Assembly (NCBI GenBank): GCA_964016885.1
Contig: OZ024758.1
Span: 2,170,001 to 2,234,000, forward strand
Source of the DNA: Eledone cirrhosa
Lineage: Eukaryota
Reading direction: 5' to 3'
DNA: 64,000 bases
Positions 23,068-37,125 of the stretch are shown piece after piece. The position numbers and the translations under genes are program-made. The notes beneath the pieces were generated by a model, which was not told the origin of the DNA, made no database searches, and saw only the letters and a program-made list of their open reading frames with translations. Position 1 is the first letter of the stretch. The number at the start of each line of letters is the position of its first letter.

Positions 23068-23737
23068 AGTTGTTTTTCCTTTTCCGTACAACTATATATA
23101 TATATATATATATATCCATCCACCGAGGTTAACTTTGCCTTTCATCCTTACGAGGTCGATAAAATAAAGTACCAGTAAGGTACTGGAGTAATTACTGTCC
23201 TTGTTCCCCCACCCCCAGACTTCCCCCAGTCCCACTGCCCCTGTGTCCAATATGTTATTCTCTGTTGATGACTGTAGAGCATGATTTGAAGGAGATTTGC
23301 TTGATATTTCCAAGCTGATTGAGCTTGGCTTTGCTGACCAATCTGATTTTCTAATCGTGTTTGGCTCTATCTTACTACAAACTCTCCATGCAAAGCTCAT
23401 TCACTTTAAGCCGACTTACATAAGATTCCTCTGCTCTGTGTTGTATAACATTTGTCTATATCTAAACAGGCAGTGTATTCTCTTGTAAGAACGCCTCGTC
23501 GACCTAGCACTGAAGGCAAGGTAGAGGCTGTCTTGTTTGCCGAGGTTATTTTTGCCTTTCATCCTTACGGGGTCGATAAAATAAAGTACCAGTAATGCAC
23601 TGGGATAATTGCTGGCCTTGTGCCAAAAGTAGAAACAATTATTACAAGATGCGGGTGACATCTCCCCCTTTCTGTTACACACACACACACACACTTTCTC
23701 ACTAAACAAATTATGTTCTCTCTCTTGCTCTCTCTAA

Positions 23738-23810
<73 letters not shown>

Positions 23811-24250
23811 ATCAAATGATTCTATGGACATACTTTATTGTATATATATATATATATATAAGCCAGGGCGACGTCGTAACTTTCTATCTATCTACCTCTT
23901 GAAAACACAGTGTTCTCCTTTGTCTCTCTCTCTCTCTCTACATATCTCTCGCTTGGTGCTCCCCCTCTCTATATAAAGTGAACGTGACAGACGGTCAGAC
24001 AGCGCTATTACAATATAATCACCATTGTTGTGCCTGTAGTTGTGTTAATAGTGTAATTTATTGATCCAACTTTACATATCTTCTTCCTCTTTAGATTACA
24101 GCTAAACTATTTCCAACTGTATTTCATTTTCTTTTGTTTACTTTAAAGAAGAAAAAGAAAAAAAAGACATTTGTTTAATCATTTTATGGTTTAAATAAAA
24201 CACCACTCACACACGCATACATAACACATAGAGAGACACAAATACAAACT

Positions 24251-24252
<2 letters not shown>

Positions 24253-24348
<96 letters not shown>

Positions 24349-24431
24349 ACACACACACCACACACCACACACACACCACACACCACACACACACACCACA
24401 CACACACACCACACACACACCACACACCACA

Positions 24432-24477
<46 letters not shown>
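24253..24477. repeat. (CA)n microsatellite
   Basis: Directly visible. Confidence 0.95.
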
Positions 24478-24480
<3 letters not shown>

Positions 24481-25012
24481 CTTGGGCACGTGTCTTTAAA
24501 GCTAAAAGGACATTCACATGTTGTGTGTTTTTCTCATGTTGCGCTGTATTTTCGGAATTTCTCTTTAAATTTCGGTGCTGGAATACTATTGTCAATAGAC
24601 AATCAGTTCAGAAAACAAAGACGTATAAACATATATAATTCTGTTTCAAATATGTTTCCCATGTTAAAGTTAGTTGGGGAAGTCTGAACATAAAAATAAT
24701 CAAATTCCCATTGTCACTGCCCCCCCCCCCACATTTCTTTCTCTCTCCCCATCTCCCACTATTAGAAGCAGATTGGGGCCCATGCTTATTTGTCGCGTTA
24801 TTTTAAAAGTATTAATCATCGTTGTTATTAGTCTGTATTGAAAGAAGAAACGCTTTCAATAATGGTAGAGTATTGAATAGAACAAAAGTAGTTACATTCT
24901 CGATTATAGCTTTCATATACCCCTTTCCATACACCCCACACGCCTACACCACCCTCCCGTTTTTGTCCACACTACCCTTACTCTGAAAAGTTATGTTGGT
25001 ATCACAAATACA

Positions 25013-25655
25013 TCCAGCCCACAGTGAAGTGGTCGTGTAGCTGTTACGACTAAAAGCACCCAGCCCACAGTGAAGTGGTCGTGTAGCTGTTACGACTAAA
25101 AGCACCCAGCCCACACTGTGAAGTGGTCATGTAGCTGTTACGACTAAAAGCACCCAGCCCACACTGTGAAGTGGTCATGTAGGTGTCACGACTAAAAGCA
25201 CCCAGCCCACACTGTGAAGTGGTCATGTAGGTGTCACCACTAAAAGCACCCAGCCCACACTGTGAAGTGGTCATGTAGGTGTCACGACTAAAAGCACCCA
25301 GCCCACACTGTGAAGTGGTCATGTAGGTGTCACGACTAAAAGCACCCAGCTCACACTGTGAAGTGGTCATGTAGGTGTCACGACTAAAAGCACCCAGCCC
25401 ACACTGTGAAGTGGTCATGTAGGTGTCACGACTAAAAGCACCCAGCCCACACTGTGAAGTGGTCATGTAGGTGTCACCACTAAAAGCACCCAGCCCACAC
25501 TGTGAAGTGGTCATGTAGGTGTCACCACTAAAAGCACCCAGCCCACACTGTGAAGTGGTCATGTAGGTGTCACGACTAAAAGCACCCAGCCCACACTGTG
25601 AAGTGGTCATGTAGGTGTCACCACTAAAAGCACCCAGCCCACACTGTGAAGTATG
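25013..25655. repeat. 48-bp minisatellite, about 13 units, SINE-B related
   Basis: Unit TAAAAGCACCCAGCCCACACTGTGAAGTGGTCATGTAGGTGTCACGAC resembles the SINE-B internal segment GGTCATGGAGGTGCCACGGCAAAAAAGCACCCAGCCCTCACTGT (58035-58080). Confidence 0.9.
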
Positions 25656-26249
25656 GTAGCTATTCCAGTCATTATCACACACACTACTTAGAAATACTAT
25701 ATCTCATATCGGTAGAGGATCGAACATGCTTTCCCGCATAGTTACATCCCTTTACGGTCTGAGTTCAAATCCCTCCGAGGTTAACTTTGCCTTTCATCCT
25801 TACGGGGTCGATAAAATAAAGTACCAGTAATATACTGGTTAATTGCCGGCTTTGTGTCAAAAGTAGAAACAATTATTATTTAATATGTCTGTAAGAATGT
25901 AGTGTTTTGAGGGTAATTTCGCTACTATTTCTAGCAGATCTATCCTCCAATACAGTTCGTTGACTGTGTGTGTGTATGTAAGTTTGTGTCTGTGTGTCTG
26001 TGTACGGATGTAAGTGTGTGTGTGTCTCTGTGTGTGCGTGTGTATATGTAAGTGTGCGTCTGTGTACGGATATAAGTGTGTGTGTCTGTGTGTGTGTACG
26101 TATGTAAGTGTGTGCCTGTGTTTATGTAAGTGTGTGCTATAAGTGTGTGTCTGTCTGTGTGTATGTGTGTGTGTTGTATCTCCAACTGCTAAACTGAATC
26201 TAACTGTTCATGTTCTTTATTGATGGTTAAAATCTCAATTTCGTTTCAA

Positions 26250-26381
26250 CATGTAGTAGTAGTTGTACTACTACTACTACTAGTATTGCTGTTGCTACTG
26301 CTAGTACTACTGCTACTACTAGTATTGCTGCTATTGCTGCTACTACTGCTAGTATTACAGCTACTACTACCACGACTACTG

Positions 26382-26418
<37 letters not shown>

Positions 26419-26462
26419 CACGACTACTGCTACTACTACCACCACTACCACTACCACCACTA
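26250..26462. repeat. (CTA/CTG/CCA)n trinucleotide repeat
   Basis: Directly visible. Confidence 0.9.
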
Positions 26463-26911
26463 CATTTAACCCTTCTCACCATCTGACGTCGTCCCCACCA
26501 CCTTCTTCATAAGGCTGTTCCAGTTATTACATTTTCCACTTTGTCACTTCAGGAACACAGCCTTATATACAGCTCTCTCTTTCTCTCTCATATATAGTTC
26601 TCTCTCTATCACACAGTTCTCTCTCTCTCTCTCAGCCTATCTATCACACACAGTTCTCTCTCTCTCTCTCTCATACAACTCTCTCACTCTCTCTCTCTCA
26701 CATACACCTCTCTCTCTCTCTCTCTCTATCATACAGCTCTCTCTCTCTCACACACAGTTCTCTCTATGTATGTATGTGTGTATGCGTGTATGTGTAAATC
26801 GGGTTCAATCGGGCTAACCACAGTTAGTAAGGTACTCAATACATTAGCAGAGTATACATTTTTAATATAGAAATGGCTTCTACAGGACTAGAACTGTTTC
26901 ATTCTAAGGAA

Positions 26912-26955
<44 letters not shown>

Positions 26956-27669
26956 TAACTATTGCTAGTAACCTCATAAATAACACCAAAATATATGACC
27001 TGAGAAAGAGGGGAGGGCGAGAGTGAGAGGGAGGGAGGGCGAGAGAGAGAGAGAGAGAATGAAGAAAAAAGGGAGACGAAAACGACCCTTAATTCACCAC
27101 CAAATGTGGCAATTAGCCATACATCACATTTATGCTTATATATGATCGTTAAATGTCTATTTTTCCTCACCTCGCTTGCATGGGTTAGACAGACCGTCCA
27201 TGGTACAAGTCTGGCAAATTGGCAGCACTATACCTTACACATGTCGGGACTGTGTTGGCTGTGTGTTTTTTCTTACGCCTGCTGGATGCCCTTCTTACGC
27301 CTGCTGGATGCCCTTCTTACGCCCGCTGGATGCCCTTCTTAACACCAACCACGTTTACAGTATGGAACTGGGTGGCACGGTTTTTTTTTGGGGGGGGGGT
27401 CTGGTCAGTTGGCGATGCCCTATATGTATATATGATGGCATGGTTGCGACTCGATTTCGAGTAATGCCATCGCTTTATACTTAAGCATGAACATCACAGA
27501 CCTGGCTTTTTAGTCCTGCTAGGGACTTGCCTGTGGCCAGCAATACCCTGAACATCGAATGCACCCCCCCCCCACTCACACACACACACATGAATGAAAA
27601 TAGACCGAGAAACAGGAATGTCCATCATCAGTAGTCTGCTGATTATCATTGGTATTTCTTCGCATTAAA

Positions 27670-27712
<43 letters not shown>

Positions 27713-29459
27713 CACTACATATACATACACTACATATACATGCATACTGAAACCTCCCGCACTTCCTCCAAGCGTGAAACTAATATAACTGTAATTTTGC
27801 TTCCGGTGTTTTGTTTTGTTTATTTACTATATACACCCACATATATATCCTTCGAATGAAACAGTTCTAGTACTGCAGAAGCCATTTCTATATTACATTT
27901 GATAAACAACCTGTTTGTCTCACACAAACACACACTTTCTCTAAATATTTAATATTCCCTCCTTCCCTGTAAAAACAAATCCTATCTTCTCAGATATTCT
28001 AATTACCATTTAGTTTATATTCCCAGATAGCTCCACATCACCGACATCACATCGTCTCATCATCTCTCATCTATATTTCAATCACTGTTAATATTACTAA
28101 TACATCTCATTCGAGTTTTCTCTGAAACTCGTCAACCATTGTCAGGAATTTTCTGTTTTTTGCTGGTGGTCGTCGTTTATTTTTTTTTTTCCAGTATTTT
28201 CCTTGCTTTTTTTTTTTTTAAATTTTTTTTTTCAGTCACGAATTTGAAGACTTTTTTTTTTTTAAAAATATGTTATATATTAGTATGTATTAGTAATTTT
28301 TCTTCTTAACTCTTCCGTACTACTACTACTACTACCACCACCATCTCCCCTGAATACATACACACATGCGCTGTCGTGTGTGTATGCATATTCATGCGCG
28401 TGTATGCATGTATGCAAGCATGTGTGTATGAATGTATATGCGTGTATATGTGTGTATATATATGTATGTGGTGGTGTGTATGAGTGCGTTTGTGTATGTA
28501 CGTGTGTATAGGCATGTGTATGTATGTATGTATGTATATGCGTGCATGCATGCGTATGTGTGTATGTATGTATATATGTGTGTATGTATATGCGTGTGTA
28601 CATGTATCTATGTATGTATGTGTACGCATGCTTCTTAGTAAAGTTGTTTGACTCACATCACTCACATCTTCATTAAACTCAGTATTGTATATAGGACAAT
28701 GTAAGAATCTTTGGTAAGCGGAGAAATTTCAATTCCTTTTAATTAGTTTGGGACCCATTAATTAAGGACTATTACATCGTTATTGAGTTCCAAATTCCTT
28801 ACATTAGTGTCTTCAGATTCATAGATTTACTTCCGCTATTTTTCCTTGTTATGACAGAGATAATATAAACACTGGAATTAAGACTAAAATTGAGGGAATA
28901 TCGTTAATATCAACACTTTATGACAGAGATATTATTAAGACTAAAATGTGTTCTGTCTTCTAATTTACCCTGTTAAAATAATTTACTAAATCCGTTTTGT
29001 GTTGTATGTCATCTATGTTATTAAAATTATTAACAGAAATAGGAATTTGTAATTTTTTTTTTTTTAATCACAGTTGTTTAAAAATATAATTATATAATGT
29101 TTACAGAAGGAAACAAAGGTATATAATATATATGAATATATACACATAAAAGAGAGATTTCGTACTGTAAACATATTATTAGTAACGCACTGGGGGTAGA
29201 GTTAATTGACTCCCCACTAATTGTTGGCCTTGTGCCTATAGTAGAAATAATTATATTATATTTTGATACAGCTGTGAATTATGAGAAATTGTTTCGTAAT
29301 TCATTGAAATGTTTTGTTTCGTTAATAAATGTACTTCTAAATAATTAACGCACTTACGACGAAACACATAACTGTTTTGATAATATAACTCTTTGATGCG
29401 ATTGTAATAGACGGGTTCTTTTTCGTGTGTGTGTGTGTGTGTGTGTCGGTATGTATGTA

Positions 29460-29493
<34 letters not shown>

Positions 29494-29554
29494 AATATAT
29501 ATATATGTTTATCCCGGGTTCAATCGGGGTTAACCACAGTAAGAAAGGTACTCA

Positions 29555-29601
29555 ATACTGATGATTTCTCCCGAATGAAACAATTCTAGTCCTGTAGAAG
29601 C
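29555..29601 (+). ncRNA. Hammerhead-like motif (family H2)
   Basis: CTGATGA-tTTC(TCCC)GAAt-GAAAC-AATTCTA-GTC; stem I is not evident. Confidence 0.45.
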
Positions 29602-30039
29602 CATCTCTCTCTCTCTCTCTCTCTCTCTATAGTAATGTGGTTATATATATAGAAATGGACTTGTCTCTCGACGTGGATGACCCATCTAACCCATGCTAGC
29701 ATGGAAAAAAATGGACGTTAAACAGTGATGATGATGATAACACTATATATATATATATATATATCGTAGAGATATCCGAAATCCCCAGTAGACAACTGAT
29801 GAGGACCCCCCCCCCCCACGTTCTTGCTTACTCCATTTTAAGCCACCTTAAATAGCAACTACACAGCCATTTCAATTCTCTCTCTCTCTCTCTCTCTCAC
29901 TCACTCTCTCTCTCTCTCTCTCACTCTCTCTCTCTCACTCTCTCTCTCTCTCTATATATATATATATGCCAGTTCAGTATTGTAGAAGATTTAATACAGT
30001 GTTGCTGTTGATATATGAATGTGTCAGCTAGGAGAAATG

Positions 30040-30335
30040 ACATCTTCGACCGAGGGTCCTGAAGCACACCCACAAGCTGGTCCTGTCACAAGCAACTATC
30101 TCCGAATTGATCTGGCTGTATCCCCAAGCGAGACCAGCCGAGCTCATAGATGTTACCCAATCATCTTGCTCTGGGTCTCCTGTCGGTTGGTTTTCCCCCG
30201 TAAAGTCTGTCCAGCGATTCTTTCCTGAGACATTCTAATCACATGTCCGCAATATAGGAACTGTGACCTTTCAATTTGAAGGAATTACATATCTCATAGT
30301 GTTAGATTCCAACAGGTAATCAAATCTAACCGGTG
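30040..30335 (-). mobile_element. RTE (Expander-like) LINE 3' fragment
   Basis: Homologous to 9338-9632 and 46760-47040 (CCCCAAGCGAGACCAGCC; GACATTCTAATCACATGTCC). Confidence 0.65.
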
Positions 30336-30945
30336 CTTGTTCAAAATACTGTAGCAGACCTGTCAACTCTCCCCATCCGACGGGGAGATCTCCCACCCAC
30401 CCCAAGGTGGGTGAGAGATGTCTTCTCTTGTGAAAATGGGTAGGACTGGAGTATACATAATATATAAGATCAAAAGATGGAACTCTTTTAACCATCTTTT
30501 GATCTTATATATTATATATATTATCATCATCAACGTTTAACGTCCGTGTTCCACGCTTGCATGGGTTTGGACGGGGGTTTTCCCACTTGAGGCAAGAGTG
30601 ATTGTCTTGCTCGCATAGGACTGTCTGGCGGGTTTTCTACAGCTGGATGCCCTTCCTAACACCAACCACATTTACAGTGTGGGGCTGGGAGGTTTTTACC
30701 GTGTTGCCTACACGGCCACATTACAGCGTGGACTGTGTGTTTTTTTGTCGTGATACCTACACGATCTCATTCGTTTCGGCCTGGATGTTGTGGCACCAAC
30801 ATAACTTTACATTGAAAGGGGCGGACGGGGGGGGGGGGGTGTATTTTGTTAGAGATGCCTACTGACTGTAGTAGGTTATATTATATATATATTAATTGTT
30901 TCTACTTTAGCCACAAGGCCAGCAATTACCCAGTGCATTACTGGT

Positions 30946-30987
<42 letters not shown>

Positions 30988-31144
30988 TAAAAGGAATTCC
31001 AACTTCGTGTGAATATATATATACATATATATTCACACGAAAAAATAAATAGTATGGTAAGAATTCTGATTTATACGTTAGATAACAATACTGACACCAT
31101 TGCTTGACTACCTGGTTCCGAAGATAATATCCACATGACTGACA

Positions 31145-31763
31145 ATGTCTGTGTGTGACCTACCAGAAACACCACACACATATACACACTCTCAGACTCA
31201 CATATACACACACTCTCAGTCTCACACACTCTCAGACTCACATATACACACTGTCTCACACATACACACACTCTCAGACTCGCATATACACACATTGTCT
31301 CACATATATACACTCTCAGACTTACACATACACACACGCTCTCAGACTTACACATACACACACTCTCAGACTTACACATACACACACACTCTCAGACTTA
31401 CACATACACACACACTCTCAGACTTACACACACACACACACACTCTCAGACTTACACACACACACACACACACAGGCTCTCCTGCTGCTGCTCAAGAATC
31501 TAGTCAATGTTTCTGTGAATAGATGTTTTCTCTACCATATGGATGAGAGAGAGAGTCTGTGTGTGTGTGAGAGAGAGAGTCTGTGTGTGTGTGTGAGAGA
31601 GAGAGTCTGTGTGTGAGAGAGAGAGTCTGTGTGTGTGTGTGTGTGTGAGAGAGAGTCTGTGTGTGTGAGAGAGTCTGTGTGTGTGTGAGAGTCTGTGTGT
31701 GTGAGAGAGTCTGTGTGTGTGTGTGAGAGAGAGAGTGTCTCTGTGTGTGTGAGAGAGAGAATA

Positions 31764-31797
<34 letters not shown>

Positions 31798-32502
31798 TGT
31801 GTGTGTGTGAGAGAGAGAGGGTGGAACTAGAAAGCAGTTAATACTACGAAGTAGGTTTTGGTATCACCAGCCATAAACAGGTTCGTTGTTTTTACAAGTG
31901 TGTCCTTCTATTCCGTAGAGGATTCTTCCTCAGTTATTGGTGGTTTGGTAGTGGTGGTTTGGTAGTGGTTTGGTATTTTTCATCAGTTATTGGTGGTTTG
32001 GTGATGGTTTGGTATTTTTCACCAGTTATTGGTGGTTTGGGATGGTTTGGTGATGGTTTGGTACTTTTATTATTGTTGCCGAGGTTAGCTTTGCCTTTCA
32101 TCCGTACGGGATCGATAAAATAAAGTACCAGTAATGCACTGGGGTCAATTTAATCGAATTTCCCCTCCCCCCCAAATTGTAGGCCTTGTGACTAAAATAG
32201 AAACAATTATTATTTACCAGTAATGCACTGGGTAATTGCTGGCCTTGTGCCTAAAGTAGAAACAATTATTATTGTTGAAGTTATTATTTAGCCGTAGGTC
32301 AGCACTGATCAAGCAGCAGACTCGGGATTAAGACAATCCTATCATGAGCAATTGGCAGTCATTAGAATGTGGGATAAAATATTTTGTCGTATTCGTTCCC
32401 AGGGAATTATAGATATGTATCGGGTCTTCCGAGTAAAAGTTACCTTTGTCAGTCATGTGATCTCTTGAAGCCAGGAAGTTGATGACTTGTGTGTGTGTAT
32501 GT

Positions 32503-32535
<33 letters not shown>

Positions 32536-32536
32536 C

Positions 32537-32574
<38 letters not shown>

Positions 32575-33007
32575 GTGTATCAGTAGTGTGTGGGTTAAGT
32601 AAATATTTACCTGGTATCTTCAGGAAGGAAATATCAAAAGTGGTAGCATGGGAATCATGTAGGGGTGGCTGTTTAAAGCAACAGGATATGTGTACACACA
32701 CACACACACACACTCTCACTCCCAGACACACACACACACACTCTCTCTTGTAGACACACACACACACTCTCTCTCTCCCCCATACACACACACACACTCT
32801 CTCTCCCCCATACACACACACACACACACTCTCTCTCCCCCATACACACACACACTCTCTCTCCCCCATACACACACACACACACACACACTCTCTCTTG
32901 TAGACACACACACTCTCTCTTGTAGACACACACACACACACACTCTCTTGTAGACACACACACACACACTCTCTTGTAGACACACACACACACACACTCT
33001 CTTGTAG

Positions 33008-33038
<31 letters not shown>

Positions 33039-33271
33039 CACTCCCAGACACACACACACACACACTCTCTCTTGTAGACACACACACACACTCTCTCTTG
33101 TAGACACACACACACACTCTCTCTTGTAGACACACACACACACTCTCTCTCTCTCTCCCCCATACACACACACACACACACTCTCTCTCCCCCATACACA
33201 CACACTCTCTCCCCCATACACACACACACTCCCCCCCCCCCCCCCCCACACACACACACTCTCTCTTGTAG

Positions 33272-33302
<31 letters not shown>

Positions 33303-33368
33303 CACTCCCAGACACACACACTCTCTCTTGTAGACACACACACACACACTCTCTCTCTCTCTCTCCCC

Positions 33369-33410
<42 letters not shown>

Positions 33411-33475
33411 CTCTCTCTCTCTCTCTCTCCCCCCCATACACACACACACACACACACTCTCTCTCTCTCTCTCTC
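31145..33475. repeat. CA/CT-derived minisatellite fields (31145-31820, 32690-33475)
   Basis: (CA)n punctuated by CTCTCAGACT, CTCTTGTAGA and CTCCCCCATA motifs. Confidence 0.85.
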
Positions 33476-34061
33476 AGTGCTTTGGTTACTTCTTTGTTAA
33501 TATTTGTGTAGTGTATACAGCTATATAATATATATAATATATATATGTGTGTAACTGTGTGTGTATGTATCTCACAAACACATACGCCACTCACACATAC
33601 ACACACATACACACAGGTGTGTATGTGTGTGTGGAATTATAATTGAAGATTTGTGACTTATTCAAGCCATACTGTCATGGATGAATAAATATTAGGATGT
33701 TGACATTAGTATATATTAACTAATATATACTAACGTCAACATCGTAATATATATGTATATACTAGTATATATATATATAGACATACACACCTGTGTGTGT
33801 GTATATATATATACTAGTATATGTGTGTGTGGAATTATAATTGAAGACTTGTGACTTATTCAAGCCATACTGTCATGGCTGAATAAATATTAGGACGTTG
33901 ATAGTATATATTAGTATATATATATATTAGAAAGTGAGGTTTTTTTACAAAATGAAAAATAACCGAGGTGTCCTACACGAGTGAAAGTATAAGGAAAGCA
34001 GATGAAATCGAAAATGCAACTGGAGTCTTATTTTTAAAAGAATATATATATTTATTTGGTT

Positions 34062-34099
34062 CCTTTACCGGTTTCACAGTTCTTCTGCTTTTCAAAAGG
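34062..34099 (-). ncRNA. Degenerate minimal hammerhead motif
   Basis: Reverse complement CCTT-tTGAaaA-GCAG(AAGAA)CTGT-GAAA-CCGG-TA-AAGG. Stems are intact but the CUGANGA box is non-canonical. Confidence 0.4.
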
Positions 34100-34214
34100 T
34101 GAGTTGAGATGGAGGGTCTAACATCCTAATATATATATATATACTAGTATATATATATACTGGTATATATATATACACACATACACACCTGTGTGTATGT
34201 GTGTATATATATAT

Positions 34215-34546
34215 TAGTATATATTCATTTCATTTCATTTTATGTCCGCTTTTTCCCTGCTTGCAAGGGTGGGACGGGAACTGATTCTGGCTTGATTTCT
34301 ACAGCTGGATGCCCTTCCTAACACCAACCTCATTTACAGTGAGTGCTGGGTGCTTTTTTGCCGTGGCACCTCCACGACCACTTTGCAGTGGAAGGTCCCT
34401 ATCATTTCATTTTTACAGCTGAGTAAACTGGAGCAATGTGAAATAAAGTGTCTTGCTCAAGGAAACAACACATGACCCGGTCTGAGAATTGAACTCACAA
34501 CCTTTCGATTGCAAGGCCAATGCTCTAACCACTAAGCCATGTGCCT
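34215..34546 (-). mobile_element. tRNA-derived SINE family B with RTE-derived tail
   Basis: tRNA head (TGGCTTAGTGGTTAG; GAGTTCAATTC), CORE-like CCTTGAGCAAGACACTTT, V-domain-like AGGAAGGGCATCCAGC and tail CCCACCCTTGCAAGCAGGGAAAAAGCGGACATAAAATG. Near-identical copy at 48033-48380; partials at 36020-36118 and 58025-58190. Confidence 0.85.
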
Positions 34547-34573
34547 CCATCTCTCTGTGTGTGTGTATATATA

Positions 34574-34621
<48 letters not shown>

Positions 34622-34998
34622 TCATCATCATCATTCGTCGACTACTGTCGAGATGATGGATCTCACTCTCATGCCCCAGAATTCCCTGTCCCCCATCGCC
34701 GCCGCCAGCTCCTGTCTACTGATTCCCGTATCCCTAGAGATAACGTCAGGGAATGACAGCTTCCTACTCCTAGTCAGGGTTCCAGAGCAAGAGAGTATAT
34801 TGTTATACTTGGGGAGGGTCATATTTGTGTAATATTGCCAGAGTTAATAACAGAACACACTCACTGTTTGGTTGGTTTTCGCTTCTGTGTCTTTTATATC
34901 GGTAATCTAATTTATTCGGTCCTCAATGTTGCCATTGACTGACCAACGGTCAAAAGTAATACAGATACAATATAGACACAAACACATATATATACTTT

Positions 34999-35040
34999 AT
35001 CAAAGTTCTTTCATTGCACATCTGCAACATCGTCAGTGGT
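34999..35040 (-). ncRNA. Minimal hammerhead motif in the Penelope 3' pLTR
   Basis: Reverse complement ACCA-CTGACGA-T-GTTGCA(GATG)TGCAAT-GAAA-GAACTT-TGAT, about 225 bp downstream of the GIY-YIG stop on the same strand. Confidence 0.65.
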
Positions 35041-35264
35041 GCTATTGTTTCCTCCCGTTACATTGTATTTTCTACGCCATCTTTATTTAGTCTGTTTATA
35101 TATTTATTTATTTGTTTGTTTGTTTTATTTTGTCTTGTTTGCGTGTGTGTATAGTGTTTTGTTTGATGTGTTCGTGATTGGGTGACTGTATTGGTTAATG
35201 TATTCTATCTTTACTAGTGTGTGTTTATATGTTATTGTGCTTGTGTACTTATCTATTTATTTAT

Positions 35265-35950
35265 TTATACTTCTCTTAGGTCAGTGTTGTTTGTTTGGGT
35301 GTTGTTATTCCATTCATTCTTTCTGTTTAGCCTTGGCCTATCTGCTGGGTCATTTCTATGTTTAGATATTATTCTAATTTCTATGTTGTCTATGTTACCG
35401 TCGTGTTGTTGTCTGGCATATTCGTATAGTACTGACCCGTTTTTTCGTCCTTTTAGTTCCCCCCAGTGTTGGTCTATCCTTTCACCTATGCTACGAGCTG
35501 TCTCACCTATGTATGTTGTTGTCATGTTTCTGCAAGTACCCTCTGTACATCTTATGCTATAGACAACGTTTCTAGTTTTACAGTTTATCCGGGGGTTCAC
35601 CTTACATATGATACATTTCCTATTAGTACAGTGGGTTTTCTTAAAAGGGTAGGTTTTGCTGATCAGGGATTTTATGGTGGTTTCTGGCTTTTCTACCATC
35701 TTAATCTTTAAGTGGGTCTTTCTCAGGGCCTTTCTACACTGGTTAGCTAATTTCCCTCCAGAGGTAGCGTCCACAAACATGACACTCTGGTATCTCTGGT
35801 TGTCGTACCATGAGGTGGCTTTCCCTATCTTATGTCTAGCTCTATCTAAGCTATTCCATGATTTGCTCCTGTATAATGGACAAATTCCTTTCATGTCCAG
35901 TTCTATGAGGGTCTTATACTTCTCCATGGCTCCTTCGTATACTCTGACTA
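35265..35950 (-). mobile_element. Penelope-like element 3' fragment (GIY-YIG endonuclease, Naiad-like)
   Basis: PLYRSKSW, FVDATSGGKLA, CxxxxCxxC linker, NVVYSIRC..YIGETARSIGERIDQH. The predicted ORF start is only (TA)n. The element is 5'-truncated and appears internally deleted after DPADR. Confidence 0.85.
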
Positions 35951-35956
35951 AACAAA

Positions 35957-36016
<60 letters not shown>

Positions 36017-36129
36017 TTACAGATGGAGGCACATCCAGCTGTAGAAATCAAGCCAGAATCAGTTCTCGTCCCACCCTTGCAAGCAGGGAAAAAGCGGACG
36101 TAAAATGATGATGATGATATATATATATA

Positions 36130-36631
36130 TTAGTATATATATATATATATTAGTATATATATATATTAGTATATGTGTATATATATATTAGTATATATTA
36201 GTATGTGTGTATATATAGATATGTTAGTATGTGTATATATATATTAGTATATATTAGTATGTGTGTATATATAGATATGTTAGTATGTGTGTATATATAG
36301 ATATGTTAGTCTGTGTGTATATATAGATATGTTAGTATGTGTATATATATAGATATGTTAGTATGTGTATATATATAGATATGTTAGTATGTGTGTATAT
36401 ATAGATATGTTAGTATGTGTGTATATGTAGATATGTTAGTATGTGTGTATATATAGATATGTTAGTATGTGTGTATATATAGATATGTTAGTATGTGTGT
36501 ATATATAGATATGTTAGTATGTGTGTATATATAGATATGTTAGTATGTGTGTATATGTAGATATGTTAGTATGTGTATATATATAGATATGTTAGTATGT
36601 GTGTGTGTGTATGTATATATAAATAAATTAC

Positions 36632-36663
<32 letters not shown>

Positions 36664-36673
36664 GATATGTTAG

Positions 36674-36729
<56 letters not shown>

Positions 36730-36739
36730 TATGTTAGGA

Positions 36740-36774
<35 letters not shown>

Positions 36775-36806
36775 GTGTGTATATATATATATAGATATGT
36801 TAGGGG

Positions 36807-36838
<32 letters not shown>

Positions 36839-36880
36839 GTTAATATATTTATATGTAGATATGTTAGTATGTGTGTATGT
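36130..36880. repeat. ~24-bp AT-rich minisatellite (ATATAGATATGTTAGTATGTGTGT)n
   Basis: Directly visible. Confidence 0.9.
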
Positions 36881-36949
36881 AGTCCTCTTTTTACTGGTAT
36901 CAGTCATTGGACTACAACCTTATTGAGACACCATATTTAGGTTTTAGTT

Positions 36950-37125
36950 GACCATGGACATGTGGTTAGAATGTCTCAGGAAAGAATTGCTGGACAGATT
37001 TTACTGGCAAAAACATCCGACAGGAGACCCAGAAGTAGATCTTGTGCAAGATGGGTGGATAATATCCGTCAGCTTGGCCTGTCTTGCTTGGGGATCCATG
37101 ACCCTCACAGGAATAAGTGGACGAA
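36950..37125 (+). mobile_element. RTE (Expander-like) LINE fragment
   Basis: GHVVRMSQERIAGQILLAK...LAWG; homologous to 46777-47001. Confidence 0.65.

Noticed and set aside
23215-23532. Coding-like unique segment between SINE fragments
   Set aside because: No recognisable motif in any frame and no convincing splice-site pair.
29770-29812. Type II hammerhead (TCC-GAAA...GTA...CTGATGA-GGA)
   Set aside because: Stems I and III cannot be formed; at best a relic.
34440-34546. tRNA gene (also other SINE heads)
   Set aside because: A and B boxes are present but there is no complete cloverleaf, and the sequence continues into a SINE body.
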